64,000 nucleotides of DNA, taken from NCBI RefSeq assembly GCF_001194135.2, contig NC_068996.1, forward strand, positions 53,286,723 through 53,350,722, given 5' to 3'. A program made the position numbers and the translations under genes. The stretch is from Octopus bimaculoides (lineage: Eukaryota). The notes under the pieces were generated by a model. It was not told the origin of the DNA. It did no database searches and saw only the letters and a list, made by a program, of their open reading frames with translations. This document shows positions 26,879 to 40,511 of the stretch, piece by piece (positions within the stretch are counted from its first letter, which is position 1; every line of letters starts with the position of its first letter).

Positions 26879-27237
26879 TATAGAGACATCATAGGCTTCA
26901 GACCAGATACAGCCAATTTCTCATATTATTCCTGAGTTTGAGAAATTTGAAATTTTGAGCTGCAGAGAAGGCTTCTACATGGTTACTTGACTGGCTAGAA
27001 ATAGAGGCCAAATAATCCTTAAAGCAAACGCTACTGTTTCAAAAAAGTATATATATTAGATAATGCAAAATGGGGTACACTATGTTTTAATATAAGACCA
27101 AGTTAGTCATGGTCGGTATATCTTTGATCAAGAACTGACTTGAAGGTAAATGTCTGACTTTAAACTTTGAAATCCAGGTAAAAAAGGATGTGATCCATTT
27201 ATATATATATATATCTGTTTTTGGATCACAGTACCCT

Positions 27238-27650
27238 TTACTCTTTTACTTATTTCAGTCATTTGACTGTGGCCATGCTGGAGCACCACCTTTAGTCAAG
27301 TAAATCGACCCCAGGACTTATTCTTTGTAAGCCTGGTACTTATTCTATTATCGGTCTCTTTTGCCGAACCACTAAGTTACAGGGACGTAAACACACCACC
27401 ATCGGTTGTCAAGCGATGTTGGGGTGACAAACACAGACACACAAACATATACACACACACACACATATATCATATATATATATATATATACACGACAGGC
27501 TTCTTTCAGTTTCCGTCTACCAAATCCACTCACACGGCTTTGGTCAGCCCGAGGCTATAGTAGAAGACACTTGCCCAAGGTGCTACACAGTGGGACTGAA
27601 CCTGGAACCATGTGGTTCGTAAGCAAGCTACTTACCACACAGCCACTCCA
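27238..27650 (-). mobile_element. tRNA-derived SINE (family A), full length
   Basis: Matches the other copies by eye. Confidence 0.85.
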
Positions 27651-30085
27651 ACGAGAGAGATAAAAAATTAAAAAGATATCAGATGCAGTAAACTGCCAAA
27701 AACCACCTTATATGAGACAAAACTGTGTTCTGAAAACCTGATTAATTTTATATTTTTAGAACTTCTGATATTTTTCAATGCTGGCATGGGTTGGATGGAT
27801 TAGTCTTAATACAGTATCTTAATACAGATTATTCTTAATACAGTGTGTTGTATTTGTATCTGTGTGGGTCAGCATCCTGCAATCATCCTTCATCACATCT
27901 ACCATCGTCTTTGGTTTTCCTTTCTGCAGTTTCTTACTTATATCATTTAGTAGTACGACTCTCTCCAGGCACAACATCATTTAGCACAGTTTCATTCAAT
28001 TATTATTCTTCATACATATTTCATCTCCATGACATAACAATCTAACTCTTGCAGGCTATAGTAAATATCTCAATATCTCATAGACATAAAAGGAATGCAG
28101 AGACAGATTATTTAATATATAAGCTACAGAGTTGTGATACAGCTGCTCACAACAGGTGGTTATTTGAAGAAAGGTTTCTATTGATAAATTTTCACAAGTA
28201 TGCACTTAACAGAAATGAGATGATTAATTTTTAACAAAAAAAAACAGAAGAGGCAGTGAAGAAATACCACTGCCACTAAATGGTAGAGTGATGCACCTCA
28301 GACTAGTGTCAAAACCACAACTGTTTTGAACTACAAGAAGCATATAGGCATGGTAGACTAAAGCAGTACCATACTGTTATTAAGTACCATATGTTATTAA
28401 GTAAAATACCGGGGGAAAATAACATTGAATGTAATTGAATTCAGGAATTCTACATATGAAGAAGAAAGAAATGCTATGTTTTCACTTCAATACAAAAGTT
28501 GTATTAATCCTAACAGAATACTGCAGAAATAGAAAAATAGTTTGTGAAATTAATGGAAAGTGCTGACAAAAGAACAAAATCAATGTATGACATAATTCAG
28601 ATACAAAACTTTTCAATTAGTAAGATTGCACTTTAATGAGTCAATCATTTAATTTATGAAATTTTCTTTTTACAAATTTCTGAGCTAATCACATATTTAT
28701 TTCTTATGAAGTTATTGATATTCAATAGTTGACAATTGTTCTCATGCCTATTGCACATATTCTAAACATCTAGAAAATTTCCTGTAGCTTTTAACCTTTT
28801 TGGTCTCAATCTGTCTGAAACCGTTTCTGGTTCTTTGATACAGAATCTGTTTGAACCCTTCAGCATTTAATCCAGCAATATCCAGCCCAAATAGCCTACC
28901 TGTTTTGTGTTAAAACTGACCATGTCCAACCTATCACATCTACCATACAATATCATTCTAAAAATATATAAACACACCATTGAAATCTTGAAGTTACAAG
29001 ATAATGCATGATTAATTCAAAGCAATGTTAATAAAGAATACATTTGACAAAGAAATCTGAATGCTAAAGGGTTAAAATGTTCACATTAAAACCTTCCCTC
29101 TTAATTTTAAGTTGCTCCAAACTCAAGCTTAATAATCCCTCTAAAACTGCTTCCAAACTTAAAATACAGACCAGTATATTTTATGATTATACTTTTATAC
29201 TATACATTTGCACAGCCACATTAATTTCTAAGGAAACATATAGCCTAGTTACTTTTAAATTCTCCAAATAACAAGGCTAATTCCATACACAATTCATATA
29301 CTTCCTTCATTCCTTGCATCAATACACTTCATGGATTAGTTACAGGGATAGTGATGTACAAATAATCTGCAAGAAATATCACAATTCATATACACTTATT
29401 CAGCAATAACATATGAAATTGTTCATTTGAAGCACTGACATATTTACAGAGTGAATAGAAAATAGAGACAAGAAAGCAAACTGAGAGAGCAATACTAAAA
29501 TAATATTTCTCCACTCCTTCAAAATGCACATATTCTAATAATAGTATGTCACAGTTAATTTTCTTACTGGTGGGCATTATCAGTTATGCCTAATTTATCA
29601 TTAGTTATGTCTAATTAGAAAAAAAAAACTAGAGAATGACAATTTAGAAGCAATGAAATATGATTTAGACAATGTTTCCCAATAAAGTAAAAAAACACAA
29701 AACATGATGTAGAATATTTCTCAAATAATATTTAACCCTTTTACTGCAGAAAGCAGTTTTACATACAAATCTTTGTTGAGGAATGTCATATTTGAAACAA
29801 GTTTCTTTTGAGATATTTCAACTTCATTCAGGTAATACAAATTGCAGAAAATACCAATTCTATTTTTTGATAGATATTTAACATGATTACTGGAATAACC
29901 ATGAAATTTAATTCCACAATGAAAAAGTTAAACATAAGGTAATATTGAATAAAATAAAATAAAATAAAATACATCACTTCTTTCAACACCAATAAATGAC
30001 AAGTATGTTTTTCAAGACCAATAAAAACATACGAGTAATTTACAAATTCTTGTTCTTATGCAAAATATGTATAAAATTTGCTTAC

Positions 30086-30225
30086 CCCAGGCAACAGACC
30101 ATCAAATCTGTAAAGCTTTTGCTGAACTTTATCATCAAGTAATGGGTCCTTAAGGAGCCGATAGTTTCGTCTTTTCTTTTCCATTATTTGATTTTCTGAA
30201 GAAGGCTTCACTAAGCCATTAATAC
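30086..30225 (-). CDS. SETD1: SETD1 coding exon 2 (INGLVK...RRNYRLLKDPLLDDKVQQKLYRFDGLLPG)
   Basis: TTCCAG acceptor, GTAAG donor, 140 nt. Matches the SET1 N-terminal YKL..DP..KLYRYDG motif. Confidence 0.92.
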
Positions 30226-30292
30226 CTGGAACATAAAACATTTTACTAAATATACTTAGGTATAAGATATACGACATACAAATTATGATATA

Positions 30293-30324
<32 letters not shown>

Positions 30325-30974
30325 CACACAAATTTACTTAAACAAGGAGACTGTCCAGAAGAGTTGCAGGAGATTCCGAAGTCATTGGGAGGCAGTGATT
30401 GAAGCCAATGGCGATTTTAATGAATAAATTTACTGTTTAGTATTTCAAGACATTTTTATGTAATTTTGATAAATACATCAGTAAAAATATGTCAGTGTTA
30501 TTTTCATTTTTTGCGTTAATTTAGACAATTTATTCACTGCACCCTCCTATACCTACACATCCACCCCAACCCCCACACAATCTTCAATAGTGTCACCACA
30601 CATAACACTATGAGCAGCCACACGTTACAGATGCACACACATCAAAGTTACTAGCTCCTATTCACACACATACACATTCACAAGTGCACCTTCATGTGGG
30701 ATCACTATCACTTTATAATCTCCCTTTCTTTCAACCTCTTCTTTCAAACGTTTTTTTCTAATCAGTCGCCATGCTTGACCGCTAAATCTACAGGCTCTTT
30801 TCACTCTTTCTCTGTTTATTTTCTCTTCTTCCTTTCTGTTGAAGAGCATAGGCTTGAAACGTAAACGACTTTCTCACTTCCCGAGCGTCAAACTAATACA
30901 CCTGCTTGTTGTTCATACACCTGTCTTTGCCTTTTGTTTTTCTATAAACTTCAACTGTATACATATATACAGGG

Positions 30975-31555
30975 TACCCTTCCTAATGCCAACCACTCCG
31001 AGAGTGTAGTGGGTGCTTTTACGTGCCACCGGTACGAAGGCCAGTCAGGTGGTACTGGCAATGGACACGCTCAAAATGATGTATTTTACATGCCACCTGC
31101 ACAGGAGCCAGTCCAGCAGCACTGGGAACGATCTCGCTAGAATGTCTTTTCACGTGCCACTGGTACAAGTGTCAGGAAGGCGACGTTGGTAATGATCATG
31201 CTCAAATGGTGCTATTTACGTGCCACCGGCACGGAAGCCAGACAGCAGCTCTGGCAACGATCAGAGCTCAGACGGTACTCTTAGTGCTCCACTGGTACAG
31301 GTGCCATCACGATTCGCTTGCCCCAACAGGTCTTCACAAGCCGAGTTTAGTGTTCAATGAAAGAGATGTTGGCATGGGTGCCAGTCATCAAATTTAGTTC
31401 GATTTCGATTTCACTTGCCTCAACANNNNNNNNNNGATGTTGGCATGGGTGCCAGTCATCAAATTTAGTTCGATTTCGATTTCACTTGCCTCAACAGGTC
31501 TTCGCAAGCGGAGTTTAGTGTCCAATGAAGGAATGGTACGCATAAGTGAGCTGGC
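30975..31555 (-). mobile_element. Long family B repeat copy with internal subrepeats, abutting the RTE RT fragment
   Basis: Reverse complement of the family B core, with repeated ACGTGCCACCGGTAC units. Confidence 0.7.
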
Positions 31556-31773
31556 TACATAGCCTGGAGAACTATGATAAATAGGAGAGGGCTGAGGACA
31601 GAACCTTGGTGGACCCCTACCTCTACCCAGAATTCTTCACTGTACTCGTTGCCAACCCTCACCTTACTGACAGCGTCCCTGTACATGGCTTGCACAGCTC
31701 TCACTAACCACTCATCTATCCCTAGTTTCCTCACTGACCACCAGATAAGGGAGCAGGGGACCCTGTCAAAGGC

Positions 31774-31778
<5 letters not shown>
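31556..31778 (-). mobile_element. RTE/BovB-like RT fragment
   Basis: KAFDRVP..IWWSVRKLGIDEWLVRAVQAMY..VGVHQGSVLSPLLFIIVL. Confidence 0.85.
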
Positions 31779-31816
<38 letters not shown>

Positions 31817-32208
31817 ACGTGTATGTATGTATTATATATGTGTGTATGCTTGTGTTTGTCCCATACCACCGCTTGATAACTGGTATTGGTTAGTTTATGT
31901 CCCTTTAACTTACCAGTTTGGTGACAGAATAAGTACAAGACTTACAAATAAGTATTGTGGTTGATTTTTATTTTTCAACTGAACCCTTTAAGGCAGTGCC
32001 CTAGCATGGTCAAAGTCCAATGATTGAAACAAAGTAAAAGAAAAACGTTAAAGATACACACATGATTTGACTTTGTGTCATTAGTAATCAAACATGAATT
32101 ATTTCTTGTGTTATGAGGAGATTTAAGATTTCTGGAATTGTTTTTGAATTTACCAAAAGCCTTTAAACAATATTGGGCAATGACTATTGAATATTTCTAG
32201 CTGACATA

Positions 32209-32240
<32 letters not shown>

Positions 32241-33542
32241 CAATATATACACACACACACATAAAGTGGTGAGAAAGGACCTACAGACATTGGTACTCAC
32301 AGAGGAGAAGCCAAGGGAATGAAACACCTGGCAGTTTGCTGTGCTTAAAAAGACATGTCAGGCTAAGTAAAAGCACGGTTGCCCTTGCATACAGGCTCGT
32401 CCCTTGCAACCCTCTCCAGCTGAGCATCCCTAATCTCATGGGCTTGTAGATGCCGGTGCCATGTAAAAGGCACCTGTGCTTGTGCTACGTAAATGCACCC
32501 AGTACACTCTATAAAGTGGCTGGCATTAGGATGGGCATCCAACCAAAGAAACCCTGCCAAAACAGACATGGAGCCTGAACAACCCTTCAGCTGGTCAGCT
32601 CGTCAAACTGTCCAACCCATGCTAGCATGAAAAATGGACTATATATATATATATATATATATATCTCAGGAATGTGCCATCAGTAATTACTCAGGGCAGA
32701 CAGTTGGTGATATTTATGTAGTAAAATACACAAAAATAAGCGAAACGCAGGCATGCGACTGAGTTGAAAGCAGATTTACTTCTACCTTTATAGCATGTAA
32801 AGAAAACAGTGTTGTAGCAAGTGTACTACAGCATTACAATGCGTAGATTAAATACTGAGATTGAAAAGAAGGGGAGAATTGTGCCTACCTAATCTACAAA
32901 AAGATAGAATATTTTATATTTTATGCAGAGTAAACTTCATAATTTTATTGACTTAGGTGCATATTTTGCCATAAAAGGAAAATATTACTATCAATCTATT
33001 TTATTCAAGGTAGGCATTGCCTACCTAGGTGGCACGTCTGATATATACGTATATTTAATTAACTCAACTTAACTTCCAATGACTTGGCTCGTTTCAGACA
33101 TCATACCACATTACCCATTCACTCCTCAAAATACAAAGGAACATCCACCTACCCACATAAATGCAAACACACACACACACAAACACACACCACAAAACCT
33201 TAAGAACATATGCAATGCATATTTACACAAGCACTCTCTTTCTCACATACACACACAAACATTGTAAACTGACACAATTTAAATTTCTCAAACATTTTCA
33301 CTCTTTCCATAGAAGAGAACAACATCGTTAGAGGACCACGGAATGTCAACTAAATATGAAGTTTGTCTTTAAAATCTGTAAAATTATGTGACAGCTCATT
33401 ATCTTTTTTTTTTAAGTTTTTCATGAAAAAATACAACAACAAAAATCAAAAATTACACAGTTCTTATATTTTTAATGACTGTCACACAGCAAATTCATAA
33501 CCTGTGTATACACCTATGTACAAACAGACATGTATTGTATAC

Positions 33543-33580
<38 letters not shown>

Positions 33581-33750
33581 NNNNNNNNNNNNNNNNNNNN
33601 NNNNNNNNNNNNNNNNNNNNNNNNNNNNNNNNNNNNNNNNNNNNNNNNNNNNNNNNNNNNNNNNNNNNNNNNNNNNNNNNACATATATATACATACATAT
33701 ATATACATATATATATATATATACATGTATGCAGACGTTAAACGATGATG

Positions 33751-33808
<58 letters not shown>

Positions 33809-34042
33809 TAACTCACAAATATATGTATATATAATAAATGAAAAATGGATTAAATACTAAAAAACATACACATAAGGACCCTAATTCTTCATCCATTATT
33901 GACCGAAATACTAATACAGTTTCATTTCAGTTGATGACTGATGAACAATTAGGGTCCTTCTCTGTCTGTCCCATGTGTACGTTTAGTATTTAATCTATTT
34001 TTCATTTATTGAGTAACTGAATGTCATACATCCCCACTATGA

Positions 34043-34075
<33 letters not shown>

Positions 34076-34864
34076 CATGTATACACACACATTATATATA
34101 TATATGTATACACACATATATACATATGTACACACACAAACATACACACTATACGTGTATACACACATACATATATATCTACATATGTGTATACATAAAT
34201 GTATGTGTGTGTGTGTGAATTTGGAGGGATATATTATCTGGGTGGATACTCTGGTAGCTCTCAGTTATGTTCCAGGTTATAGCTAACCACATTGATTAGT
34301 ATTTGATGTTTTATAACTACTACGAGCTGTCACTCATGCTGTAATTTCCTCCAAAGGGTAATTCCCTATTCACTTCTCTAGATGGTAATATTATCTGGAT
34401 TGAATATTTGCAATAATTATAACGATAAAAACAAAAACAAAAAACGAAAAACAAAAAAATAAATACAAATACAAACGAACACGTATTAACAGAGAATATA
34501 GGTGATACAGACACTCCCCATACACACATGCACTTACAAAAGACACAGACACATTGAAAGACACGCAGCATGGGTAGACACATACAATAGGAATACAAAA
34601 TACAAAATGGCTGATAGTTAGCAAGGTGAGACATACATAAGAAGGAAGGAAACAAAGGACCACTGATGAGGTCACAGAAGTGTGACGAAAGAACTCTGCC
34701 GAAATAAGATTAAGATTAATGTAATATAAAGCTGAAGCAAATTAACACCAAATATACAGTGCGTGTGTTTTTATTGGCTAAACTGGCAATATGACCATCC
34801 CCAAGTACAACAACATCTGTTTCAACACACGATTTCACATCAAAAATCTTGCAAAACAAATATG

Positions 34865-34895
<31 letters not shown>

Positions 34896-35026
34896 TTTTA
34901 GTTGAAACAACCATAAAAATATGTTGTATGACATCTTAAAATGAAAGGAAATGAATTTTGAGGGTGTACCAGTCTCCATATTCTCTAAAATTATTTCATA
35001 TATATATATACACACACACACACACA

Positions 35027-37090
35027 TGACTAACAGTTCCCAGGTTTTAGGTCTTATTCATTTTTTCATCTTAGCACCTCTTCTTCCAAAAAAGTTGCTT
35101 TGTCACTCCCCACAACTACTTTGTGAAATATGCTCCGTTGTTCTGCCAGATCTTTTGCCTGCTGCAGTACTTGCAACTTGTTGGTGACTTCTACATGACA
35201 ACTCCTCAGCACTGGAGCCACCCTCACACTTTTCACTGCAAGCTGTCTATTTGCTTCTTTCTTTGTTAGTTTTTTCAGCTTCAGTTGCAACAATGCCCAA
35301 ATAATATGAAGGGCCTATCCTACATCTGTGTCTCTATACACTTTGACATCTCTCAATGCTGAGTGTCATCTTGTGCTGATGCAGACACAGCCAGTTTCAT
35401 TCATATTACGTCCCTCTGGTGAACGCCAGAGAGAAGTAATATGGAAGTTGTGCTGAACAGAGAAGGTGTTACCGATGCTCAGATGGTTCATGTTGCAAAA
35501 AAGCAGGAATTGCTTGTTATTGTCTGTTGTAATATGCTTGAAACCAGTTTTGTTTCTATCCAATCCCCACTGACCACCTTGATATCATGACTGGGAACCT
35601 CACTACACACATCTTGCACTTGTTCATAAACACATCCTTGTCAGCATCATTTGCATTTTCAGTTGGTGCATACACTTGGATCGCTAATGTCTTTGAGAAT
35701 CAAGTCATGAACTGAGCTGTTATAATTTGGTCACTCACAAGTTATCCACCCTATTAGCACTTTAGCAGCCCTAACCCTACAGAATACAAGATTCTCTTAT
35801 TCTCACTGCAGTGCTGAAGAATAGAAGAAACCAGGCAAAAACTGAACAGAGTCACCAAATAGCCATGAATAACTATCAAGCTGCTAACAGACAGGTGAGA
35901 AAATGCTGTAGGAGGGATAAGACATAGGTAGCAGGAGCTCAGGAAGCAGCAAAAAGAAATGACACCAGGACACTATGTGCTAGATCTGACTGGTTCTAGA
36001 ATCAATGTAAGTGAGCTAGTGAAAGATAAAAATAAGAAAATCTTGCTGACAAAGGAAGAACAGAATACACTCTGGGTGCAACAATTCAAAAAGACTCTGA
36101 ATCAATCCGAATAATCTGACACCCCAACAGTAATAGATCAGACAGTAGAACAGCTTTAAGTTACAATGGCACTCATTAGTGAAGATGAAGTCATCCAAGT
36201 TCCCAAAAAACTGAAAAACAATAAAGCCCCAGGGCTGAATAAGATCTTGGCTAAATTAGTGAAGAATGGAAGAAACATCATGGTATAAAAGCTCCTCAAA
36301 TTATGTAATATCTGTTGGGAAAACAGAGCAGTACCAGAAGAATGGACAAAGTGTGTCATAGTTAATCTGTGAGAGAAAGGCAATCTCAACAATTGCAGGG
36401 AAATCACTTATTGTCAATGCCAGGCAAGGTCTTCTGCTCAGTCCTGTTATAACATTAAAAAGAAAGCATTGGATGAAAAATTCAGAGAAGAGCCAGCATG
36501 ATTCCACACATGAAGATCATGCACTGAGCAGGATTTTCTACTGTGAAATAATATGGAGCAGAGTTTTGAGTTCCAACAACCATTAATCATCAACTGCATT
36601 GATTTTGGAATAGCTTTTATCAGTGTACATAAAGAAATGCTGTAGTGTATGGCCAAGACATCTGACAGTATCACACTCAATGCTCCAGTAAATGACAAGC
36701 AGAATGAAGAAGTGGCAAAGGCAGGCCTAAGGATCAATAGAGAAAAACCAAGGTCATATACAGGCCAGTGGACAAGGAGAGACAGAACGTCTTGTAAATC
36801 AAGAGCCATTGAAGATGTCACCAACTTTCACCTACCTGGGTAGCATTATTGTTGTGGAGAGAGACACTGAGGCAGGTGTCAATTCCATTATCAGGCATGC
36901 AGCAACAGCAGTGTTCAGAAGAATGAACAAGATCTGGGCCAGCATTGCAATTATCAACTATAGGAAGACCCTGCTGTATCAGAGAATTGTCCTCCTGGCA
37001 GGAGAAACTTGGATAATGACTGCCAAGATCACCCAGTGGCTGAAGACATTCCATGAATGGAGTCCACACAGAATATATCACCATGACCAG
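35027..37090. mobile_element. Degenerate RTE-type LINE with inverted 5' segment (endonuclease on minus about 35027-35815; linker and RT on plus about 35815-37090)
   Basis: Minus: AIQVYAPTE, NHLSIGNTF..WRSPEGR, KTWELL. Plus: KAPGLNKI..LVKNG, LIINCIDF, IEDVTNFTYLGSII. Confidence 0.8.
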
Positions 37091-37096
37091 ACATGT

Positions 37097-37146
<50 letters not shown>

Positions 37147-39112
37147 AAATCCTGTAAATGTGTGTGTGAGTGTTACTCTGTTTATCATTTTGTCCACGTA
37201 TTTTTGCAACGTCCTGTACCCAGATATGCATCTATATATACATGTAGATGTAGGTATGTACATACATGTATGTATATATGCATATACTCATATTATTTGT
37301 ATTATATATATATATTCTTTTGTTTCAGCCCTTAGGGTATGGCCATGCTGCAGGACTACCAGGGTATATATAGATATATATTTGTTATATTTGTTATATG
37401 TATTATATATATCAGATACACTTTGGAGGAAGGGGTTAAATAAATAAATGTAGCACTAAAACACTTAACGAAGTTGGAGTTGTATGTATTTAAGGGCAGG
37501 TTGACTAGGTTCTAGTTTCATGGGCACCGAACACACATCCACATCGTTAGAGTTTTGAACTGAGTATGGAAAGAATTTAAAAGAAAGTGATAACAGGCTT
37601 CAAGGTGAAAGAATTAAGACCTCTATTAGTCAGTTCAGGTCATGTGGGTCTTTTAATTATCTCAGTGGCATGAGGTATTTTCATTGGATACTCCATCTGG
37701 TAAATCAGACAGAAAGTCAGCATCGGTTTTTCAACATTCAACAGGATGAGACATTTTAGTGACTTCTGTTCTTCCACTGACTGTTTCACCTCTGATAGAA
37801 TAGGTAGGATGTTTGTATGAGTTAGTTGGCATTTTCTAGGGTATGATATTTCAGTGGCAACAGTTACCAGTTGGGAAGTCTACTGGTTTGATTGTGCTAG
37901 GCTATGAGTTTGCCTGACCAGCATGGTTGCTAAATAATAGTAGGTTCCAATCGTAACAGGCAGTAAGAATTATACACTCTGCCATTATTCATGAGCCAGG
38001 TAGGCCTAAAGTGGTATTTCCAGTTCAGCAGCAGCCAATAGTTTGAAATTCATTTAATAAAGTATACTTCAGGTGACAATAATAGGATAAGTCAATTTTC
38101 CTATTCATGGATGCTGCAGACACTGATTTATGTGTAGTTTCTCTCGGAGACAGAATTGGAAATTACAAACTTTAGGTGAATAAGTAGAGACCAAGTCAAG
38201 ATTGCTCAATGTGATATTGGGAAAGTCATTTTTATGGTCCCAGAGTCTGCTGATAAAGCAGGACAGGGATGGATATGTTCCTACCTTTATACCTGAAGAA
38301 GTACACAAGTTGTGTGAATCTTACCTTGAAGCCATTGGATGCCATGCCGTCAGTTGATGCGTGGTTGGCTCTAGTGCCTTTGATAGGATAGATCTTCCAC
38401 TCGGCAGTGGGAAGGATTCCAGCATTTATAGGTTGGAGTGTGGAGTAACGACCTTGTAAATACATATCTGTTTTTGTTGTAGCATATAATGTTGGAAATG
38501 GTATTATCTAGCATGAGTAGCTAACCATGATACTATGGAAATTAAGAAGTTTATAGGGTCTTAAGAAATGCTGTCTAATTAACATCAGGAAGCAGCATCT
38601 AGATAGAATGGAAACCAGATCACCTTCCTTAGTCTGTCTTTAGATTGGTGCAGGGGGTGAGAGTCTCCATATACACTAACCTATCAGTGTAGCCACTTCC
38701 CACTAGCACCTTGTTATAATGAAATGCAGCCCTGTTGAAGATTTTTGTCTGCCTACAGAATGTAGATTCTTCTGTTGGCAACAGTGGTTAGGGTTTCTAA
38801 TTACAGCAGGTGTGTGTGTGTGTTTGTAGTGACTATTAATATAAAAAGCTACCTCAGTTGGCTTTTTGTCTCAAGGTCTCAAGTTACATCCAAGACGAAA
38901 ATGTCTGTTAATTTGTTAGTAACAGTTACAGTTGGACCAAATTCTTGAGAGATGTTTAACAAGATTCTTTCTGAACTTATCTATGGCATGGTCTTTACAT
39001 TTATTAACATGGCTTGAGACTGGCAAGCAATCATCCCAGGTTTGTACATTTTTATTAGGGTATTCAGGATAAATTACCTGGTTTCATAGACACATATGTG
39101 TGCATCTGCACA

Positions 39113-39188
<76 letters not shown>

Positions 39189-39224
39189 CGAGTGTGTGCA
39201 TATCTATATATATATATATATATA

Positions 39225-39560
39225 TAAAAGACTCCCTTCGGTCATGACTGACCATGGGATTGCACCTAGAAAGTTACCCTCCGAAGCACAAGTCTAGGAG
39301 TCCAGGCAAGGTTGTTTTTGGAAGACCAGCAGTCACCCATGCATACCAGCCTCCCCCACCGATGTTATCCAAAGGAAAGGCAAAGGGGCCGATACAGTTT
39401 GGCACCAGTGACATCGCAACTCATTTCTACAGCTGAGTGAACTGGAACGACGTGAAATAAAGTGTCTTGCTCAAGAACACAACATGCAGCACGGTCTGGG
39501 ACTGAAACTCGCAACCTCACAATCGTAAGCTCGACACTCTAACCACTGAGCCATGCACCT
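39225..39560 (-). mobile_element. Family D tRNA-like SINE
   Basis: Minus strand starts GTGCATGGCTCAGTGGTTAGAGTGTCGAGC (tRNA-like A-box). Related partial copy at about 48335-48545 (+). Confidence 0.6.
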
Positions 39561-40459
39561 TCACACACATACATATATATACACACACACATTCTGAGAG
39601 CTTTATCTATGGCTCCTGCAGTAGTAAGGTCATTTTGTTCTTGACAGGGATGAAGGTGTCTTAATCCTTCTCTATACAGTAAATACAATGTATGATTGTT
39701 CATGATACCACCAATAGAGAGGTAGCCATATCAACTCAAGTAAAGGGGCATTTCATCCCACATCTTTCTTCATCCAAGACCTACTTTACAGAGTTAGAAA
39801 CATGAATGATAATACGTGATAAAGTTACTGTGTTCTGAAACAGGTAAATACATTCAAAGCAAGATGACAAAGAGGATAGAGTGATGACAGAAGGCAGCCT
39901 GGGCTATGAGTTGGGGACATGACAGAGACAGACGATGTGAATGAAAAAGACAAAAGGAAGAGTGAAGCAAAACGATGGCTGGTAGTATAGCGGGGTGAGG
40001 GAGAAAGGTAGAGTGTACCGGGCACAGTGGATGCAATGTATTGTCTTATATAAAGGTCATGATGTGCCAGAAGGATCAAATGATGAGGGTGGTGGATTGG
40101 GACATAAAAGTGGATTCTGTACCAACAAACAACACAAAGTGTGTGTGAGTGGAAGGGGAGGGTTAATTGTTAAAACAAACATTACGTGAAAGTGAATGAA
40201 AAAAGATTAAAGGTTGTGAAAGGATGGAAGAGACAGCAAAAGTGGACTTGATATAAATCAACATACATACACATCCCCTTTGTATCTGAGGATATAGGCA
40301 CAATCTGCAAAGTTATGTGAAACTGAGTCAACCTGTTATTAAATATTTGCAAGTTCACATAAGTGTGTATGCTAAATGTTGCTTTCTTTAATTTATCACC
40401 TACTCATATATATGTGTGTGTGTGTGTAAATTTAATTAACAACCAAAGTAGTATATGTA

Positions 40460-40511
<52 letters not shown>

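Noticed and set aside
31365-31500. About 60-bp direct duplication on both sides of a 10-N gap
   Set aside because: Typical unmerged contig overlap; assembly artefact.
33900-33950. GAAA...CUGAUGA on plus, suggesting a type-II hammerhead
   Set aside because: Stems I and II cannot be formed. Only the hairpin is retained as a finding.
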